Source of the DNA: an uncultured Actinomycetes bacterium | GTDB taxonomy: Bacteria; Actinomycetota; Thermoleophilia; UBA2241 | DNA: 64,000 nt | Assembly: GCA_963709345.1 (NCBI GenBank) | Contig: CAVPVX010000011.1 | Span: 276,886 to 340,885, forward strand | Reading direction: 5' to 3' | Shown: in pieces, positions 58,283 to 64,000 of the stretch | Position numbering within the stretch: position 1 is the first letter of the stretch | Layout of the letters: every line of letters begins with the position of its first letter | Translations under genes and position numbers: made by a program | Notes under the pieces: model-generated | What the model saw: the letters and a program-made list of their open reading frames with translations, nothing else | Told to the model about the DNA's origin: nothing | Databases searched by the model: none

Positions 58283-59308
58283 ATGGACCGTGACCCCGTC
58301 GCCGGCGCTTCCGCCCCGCCGTATCCCAAGATCGAGCTGCACGTGCACCTCGAGGCGACGGTGCGACCGGAACGCCTGCTCGAGATCGCGCGCCGCAACG
58401 ACGTTCGCCTGCCGGCGCGCACGCCCGGGGGGATGCGCCGCTTCTGCGCCTTCCGTGGGTTCGAGGAGTTCATCGGCGTGTGGATCAAGACGACCGGCGT
58501 CCTGCGGCACGGCCGGGATTTTCGTCAGATCGTCGTGGACTATGCCGGCGACCTCGCCGACCAGGGCTGCCGGTACGCCGAACCTCTCTTCTCCCCGTCC
58601 GAGCCGATGGCCCGCGGCGTCCCGTGGCAGGAGGTCTTCGAAGGCTACTGCGACGGCGCCGACGAGGCCCGCGAGCGGCACGGCGTCGAGATGCGCTTCA
58701 CGCCGGACATCACGCGCGACTTCCCTCCCGAGATCGGCGAGCGCCTGGCGGAGTGGGCCGTGCGCTTCCGCGATCGCGGCGTCGCCGGCATCAGTCTCGG
58801 TGGGAGCGAAGACCGCTTTCCGCCCCAACTCTTCGAGCGGGCGTTCGCGATCGCCCGCGAGGGAGGGCTGAAGGCGGCCCCGCACGCCGGCGAGATGGCC
58901 GGTCCGGCATCGGTCCGGGCCGCGCTCGACGTGCTGCGTGCCGATCGCCTGCGCCACGGCATCCGCAGCGTCGAGGATCCTGCCCTCCTCGCCGAGGTCG
59001 CCGCGCGCGGCATCGTGTGTGACGTGACCCCGGTCAGCAACCTGCAGACCGGGGTCGTGAGCTCGCTGGAGGAGCACCCGCTGCCGACGATGCTGCGGGC
59101 AGGCGTGAAGTGCTCCATCTCGAGCGACGACCCGGTGCTCATGGGAACGTCGCTGACGCGCGACTGCGTCGTCGCCGTGGAACTGGGGCACACGCCGCGC
59201 GGCATGTACGAGGACGCCCTCTCGGGCGCGTTCTGCGACGCCGACGCGCGAGAGCGGCTGCGCGCGGCCGGAGAGGCCTTCGACTGGACCGCGGTCGCGG
59301 CCGGGTAG
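58283..59308 (+). CDS. add: Adenosine deaminase
   Basis: KIELHVHLEATVRPE... and ...SISSDDP... are TIM-barrel metal-binding motifs. Confidence 0.88.
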   Translation: MDRDPVAGASAPPYPKIELHVHLEATVRPERLLEIARRNDVRLPARTPGGMRRFCAFRGFEEFIGVWIKTTGVLRHGRDFRQIVVDYAGDLADQGCRYAEPLFSPSEPMARGVPWQEVFEGYCDGADEARERHGVEMRFTPDITRDFPPEIGERLAEWAVRFRDRGVAGISLGGSEDRFPPQLFERAFAIAREGGLKAAPHAGEMAGPASVRAALDVLRADRLRHGIRSVEDPALLAEVAARGIVCDVTPVSNLQTGVVSSLEEHPLPTMLRAGVKCSISSDDPVLMGTSLTRDCVVAVELGHTPRGMYEDALSGAFCDADARERLRAAGEAFDWTAVAAG

Positions 59309-59327
59309 GTCGCCGGGCGGCGCCCGG

Positions 59328-59954
59328 CTACCGCGCGAGCAGGCCCTCCACGATGCCGTCGACCACGGCCGTCACCGCGGCGTCGACGGCCTTCGGGTCG
59401 TCCAGACGGCGCAGCGGACCGTCGACGAGCAGCGTCGCAAGCCCGTGGACCGCAGCCCACGCGGCGAGACCCAGATCCTCGACGTCGCGGGCGACGAAGC
59501 TCCCCCGCGCCACGCCGTCGGCGATGGCCTCGAGCAGCGGCATGTACGACGCTTCGCCGGCCGCCTCGAGGCGCTCGCCGCCGGCCCGACGCAGTTCCGG
59601 CCGGAACATGAGGCGAAAGCTTGCGGGATCCTCGATGGCGAAGCGCACATAGGCGGCGCCGAGCGCTCGGACGCGAGCCGTCGGGTCGTCCCGCGTGCTC
59701 GCGGCTGCGGCGCGCATGCGCTCGCCGAGAGCGAGCAGGCTGCACTCGACCAGCGTGGCGATCAGCGTCGCCAGGTCGGCGAAGTGATGGTACGGGGCGG
59801 CGTGGCTCACGCCGGCGCGCCGCGCGACCCCGCGCATGCTCAGCCCCTCGAGGCCGCGCTCGTGAAGGATGTCCGCGGCTGCCGCGAGCAGCGCGGCGTG
59901 CAGGTCGCCGTGGTGGTATGTGTCTCGTGCCCTGCCGTCCGCCGGCGCGACCAT
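59328..59954 (-). CDS. TetR/AcrR-family transcriptional regulator
   Basis: ATG at 59954 gives MVAPADGRARDTYHHGDLHAALLAAAADILHERGLEGLSMRGVARRAGVSHAAPYHHF..., a canonical TetR HTH. It runs divergent from the SDR gene. Confidence 0.85.
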   Translation of the reverse strand: MVAPADGRARDTYHHGDLHAALLAAAADILHERGLEGLSMRGVARRAGVSHAAPYHHFADLATLIATLVECSLLALGERMRAAAASTRDDPTARVRALGAAYVRFAIEDPASFRLMFRPELRRAGGERLEAAGEASYMPLLEAIADGVARGSFVARDVEDLGLAAWAAVHGLATLLVDGPLRRLDDPKAVDAAVTAVVDGIVEGLLAR

Positions 59955-59977
59955 GTCACCTCGGTTCGCAGCAAATG

Positions 59978-60006
59978 TTGACGGTGTCAAGATAACCGGG
60001 TATGTT
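59978..60006 (+). promoter_or_regulatory. Promoter with embedded palindromic operator (TTGACGGTGTCAA) between the divergent TetR and SDR genes
   Basis: -35 TTGACG at 59978-59983, a 17-nt spacer, -10 TATGTT at 60001-60006. The perfect inverted repeat TTGAC-GGT-GTCAA sits at 59978-59990, with a second GTCAAG half-site at 60012-60017. Confidence 0.5.
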
Positions 60007-60056
60007 ACCAATGTCAAGATGAAGTGCACGACGACGGTCGACGTCAGGGAGCAGTC

Positions 60057-61040
60057 ATGAGCGAAGACACACCGGGACTCGGGCAGGCGCAGGATCTCAA
60101 CGTCGTACTGGGCGCGGGCGGGGGTACCGGCGGCGCCATCGTGCGCGAGTTGGTGGGGCAGGGCAGGCGCGTCCGTGCGGTGACGCGGCATGGAGCGACC
60201 AGCGCGAGCGCCGGGACGCTCCCGCCCGCGTCGTACGAGGACGTCGCTGCCGACATCACAGACGTGAGCCAGCTGGCGCGTGCCGTCGCGGGCGCCACCG
60301 TCGTCTACCACGCGGCGCAGCCGTCCTACACGCGCTGGGCGCAGGAGTTCCCGGCGATGACGCGGGGCGTGCTGACGGCCGCCGCCGCCGCCGGGGCCAA
60401 GCTCGTGTTCGCCGACAATCTGTACATGTACCCGCCGGTGGACGGCGCCATGGACGAGACGACGCCGGCGACCGGCCAGACGAAGAAGGGCAAGGTGCGC
60501 GCCGCCATGGCGGCCGAGTTGCTGGCGGCGCACCGCGAGGGTCGCCTGCGGGTCGCCATCGGCCGCTCCTCCGACTACTACGGCGCCTGGGGGCCGGGCT
60601 CGGCGGTCGGAGAGCGCTTCTTCAAGGCCGTGCTGGCCGGCAAGAAGGCGCAGTGGTTCGGCAGTCTCGATCAGCCACACACGCTCGGCTACCTCCCCGA
60701 CATGGCTCGCGCGTTCGTCGTCCTCGGCGACCGCGAGGAGGCCGACGGGAGGGTCTGGCACACGCCGGCCGCGCCGGACATCACCGGGCGCGAGTTCGTC
60801 GAGCTCGCGGCGCGGGTCGCCGGAACGCCGGCGAGGCCCGTCGCACTGAGCGCGGGAGCGCTCAGACTACCGGGCATATTCATGCCCATCCTGCGCGAGT
60901 TCCCGGAGCTCATGTACCAGTGGGAACGACCGTTCGTGAGCGACGCGAGCGCGTTCCCGGCCGCCTTCGGTCCCTTCACGCCGACGCCTCACGAGGAGGC
61001 GCTCGCCGCGACCATCGCATGGTATCGGACGAGGCGGTGA
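60057..61040 (+). CDS. NAD(P)-dependent epimerase/dehydratase (atypical SDR, NmrA-like)
   Basis: ATG at 60057 after a GGGAG ribosome-binding site. It has the Rossmann motif VLGAGGGTGGAIVREL. Confidence 0.75.
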   Translation: MSEDTPGLGQAQDLNVVLGAGGGTGGAIVRELVGQGRRVRAVTRHGATSASAGTLPPASYEDVAADITDVSQLARAVAGATVVYHAAQPSYTRWAQEFPAMTRGVLTAAAAAGAKLVFADNLYMYPPVDGAMDETTPATGQTKKGKVRAAMAAELLAAHREGRLRVAIGRSSDYYGAWGPGSAVGERFFKAVLAGKKAQWFGSLDQPHTLGYLPDMARAFVVLGDREEADGRVWHTPAAPDITGREFVELAARVAGTPARPVALSAGALRLPGIFMPILREFPELMYQWERPFVSDASAFPAAFGPFTPTPHEEALAATIAWYRTRR

Positions 61041-61232
61041 AGCGGACCGACGCCGATACGTCGTCGCCCGCCGCCTTGCTCTGGTAATCCAGACCTGCTA
61101 AGGTGGCTTTCAGACGACGGGAGCCGGTTCTCCCGCCCAGGCGCCACGCGCCGGGCTTTCCTCCCGCAGCAGACCCCAGACATTGTGACTACCGGGCAGT
61201 GTTCTGAATTGAAAGGAACACAAGTCCGTACC

Positions 61233-63107
<1,875 letters not shown>

Positions 63108-63122
63108 TCCTGCGATAGTGCG

Positions 63123-63165
63123 CCGGAGGGGCGGCGGGCGGCGAGCCCGCCGCCCCTCCGGCGCT
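63123..63165 (+). terminator. Rho-independent terminator hairpin downstream of the helicase gene
   Basis: CCGGAGGGGCGGCGGGC-ggcga-GCCCGCCGCCCCTCCGG is a 17-bp perfect stem, followed by a weak U-tract (cgcttctgct). Confidence 0.6.
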
Positions 63166-63246
63166 TCTGCTCCCCCGCACTTCTGCCCTCCGGCGGCGCC
63201 GGCTGGCACGCTTGGCGTCGCCTTTGCTATACTGCCGTCTCTGCGT

Positions 63247-63322
63247 GGGCGACTAGCTCAGTTGGGAGAGCGCCTGCTCGACAAGCAGGAGGTCGTTGGT
63301 TCAATTCCAACGTCGCCCACCA
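63247..63322 (+). tRNA. tRNA-Val (anticodon GAC), 76 nt with encoded CCA; C rather than U at position 33
   Basis: Manual cloverleaf: acceptor GGGCGAC/GTCGCCC, D-arm GCTC-AGTTGGGA-GAGC, anticodon stem CCTGC/GCAGG with loop TCGACAA, T-arm GTTGG-TTCAATT-CCAAC, then ACCA. A TATACT -10 lies at 63229-63234. Confidence 0.8.
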
Positions 63323-63364
63323 CTTCGTTCCGCCGCGTGACCGGCGGCTCTGCGCGAGAGGCTC

Positions 63365-63418
63365 GCGCCGCGATGAGGCTCGCGTTACGCGCACCGGCGC
63401 TGATGGCTTCTGCCCTTC
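63365..63418 (+). promoter_or_regulatory. Fluoride riboswitch (crcB RNA motif) in the crcB leader
   Basis: GCGAUGAGGCUCGCG...ACCGGCGCUGAUGGCUUCUGCC closely parallels the fluoride-aptamer consensus (GGCGAUGAGGCCCGCC...GCUGAUGGCCUCU). It lies about 45 nt upstream of a CrcB/Fluc gene. Confidence 0.65.
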
Positions 63419-63459
63419 CGGGCGGGAGCCATTTCTCGTTCCGGGTCTGAATCGAGACG

Positions 63460-63849
63460 ATGGAGGACCGCGTGGCCACTCGACTACTCCTGCTCATGGC
63501 CGCCGGCGCCGTGGGAACGCTGTGCAGGTACGGTCTCTCCGGCGTCGTGCACGCCGGGCTCGGCGCCCGTCTTCCCTGGGGTACGCTGGTCGTGAACCTG
63601 GCCGGGTGCCTCATCGCAGGACTTCTCTTCGGGCTCTTCGAGAGTCGCTGGGCGCTGAGCGGCGAGGCGCGCATCGTCATCTTCATCGGCTTCCTGGGGG
63701 CGTTCACCACGTTCTCCGGATTCATGCTGGAGACGTCGGAACTGGTGCGCGACGCGCAGTGGGTGGGCGCCGCGGGTAACCTGGCGCTGCAGAACGGCCT
63801 GGGCGCCGTGGCCATGTACGGAGGCCTCGTGGCCTCGCGACTGGTGTAG
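63460..63849 (+). CDS. crcB: Fluoride ion channel CrcB/Fluc
   Basis: ...GTLCRYGLS...LPWGTLVVNLAGCLIAGL...IGFLGAFTTFSGF... is the dual-topology Fluc signature. The start is ATG 63460, or GTG 63472 after GGAGGA. Confidence 0.85.
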   Translation: MEDRVATRLLLLMAAGAVGTLCRYGLSGVVHAGLGARLPWGTLVVNLAGCLIAGLLFGLFESRWALSGEARIVIFIGFLGAFTTFSGFMLETSELVRDAQWVGAAGNLALQNGLGAVAMYGGLVASRLV

Positions 63850-63862
63850 GGGAGGGGGAGCG

Positions 63863-64000
63863 ATGCATCTGCCCGAGTATGCGGAGCTGCTGCGCGTCTT
63901 CATCGGCGACAGCGACCGCCATCACGGAAAGCCGCTGTACGAGGCGATCGTGGAGGCGGCGCGCAAGCAGCACCTCGCCGGCGCCACCGTGCTGCGCGGC
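63863..64000 (+). CDS. DUF190 (P-II-like) protein commonly paired with crcB; partial, runs off window end
   Basis: MHLPEYAELLRVFIGDSDRHHGKPLYEAIVEAARKQHLAGATVLRG matches the DUF190 N-terminus. A GGGAGGGGGAG ribosome-binding site precedes the start. Confidence 0.7.
   Translation, partial: MHLPEYAELLRVFIGDSDRHHGKPLYEAIVEAARKQHLAGATVLRG

Noticed and set aside
63479-63903. 139-aa minus ORF overlapping crcB
   Set aside because: It runs antisense to a clearly recognisable Fluc gene and is R/G-rich.

Overview
High-GC, actinobacterium-like chromosomal segment. Local gene order recalls the Mycobacterium rfe-atp-murA and sahH...comF-hpf-secA neighbourhoods. Positions 1-5.7 kb look accessory: a HigB/HigA-type toxin-antitoxin pair, several membrane proteins, one orphan ORF, a lower-GC stretch, and a decayed IS110-family transposase. 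A long, almost entirely plus-strand housekeeping array follows. It runs dnaE; hisZ-hisG-hisD-hisB-hisH-hisA-hisF; tsaC; a PhzF-family gene; rpiB; glyA; dCMP deaminase; a WecA-like GT4 transferase; a complete F1Fo ATP synthase operon (atpZ-like, atpI, atpB, atpE, atpF, atpH, atpA, atpG, atpD, atpC); and murA. Next comes a cell-envelope glycopolymer cluster: an LCP protein, a degenerate LCP-like paralogue, an LAXTG-anchored small protein on the minus strand, an O-antigen ligase with a TPR tail, ugd, manC, manB, and PGI/PMI. After that lie a PNP-like ORF, ahcY, mtnA, an NDP-sugar pyrophosphorylase, comF, hpf and secA. A 1380-aa multi-PAS protein with a degenerate GGDEF and an intact EAL domain sits on the minus strand. 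It is followed by prfB, a PHP-type histidinol-phosphatase, several gene remnants (metallophosphoesterase, TetR, heptad-repeat fragment), a GNAT, a frameshifted M28 peptidase, adenosine deaminase, a divergent TetR/SDR-epimerase pair with a palindromic operator, a DEAD-box helicase, tRNA-Val, and a fluoride riboswitch upstream of crcB and a DUF190 gene. Many adjacent genes overlap by 4 nt (ATGA/GTGA), implying extensive translational coupling. I saw no CRISPR array, no rRNA and no intact prophage. All calls rest on reading the six-frame ORF track and motifs by eye; I ran no database search.
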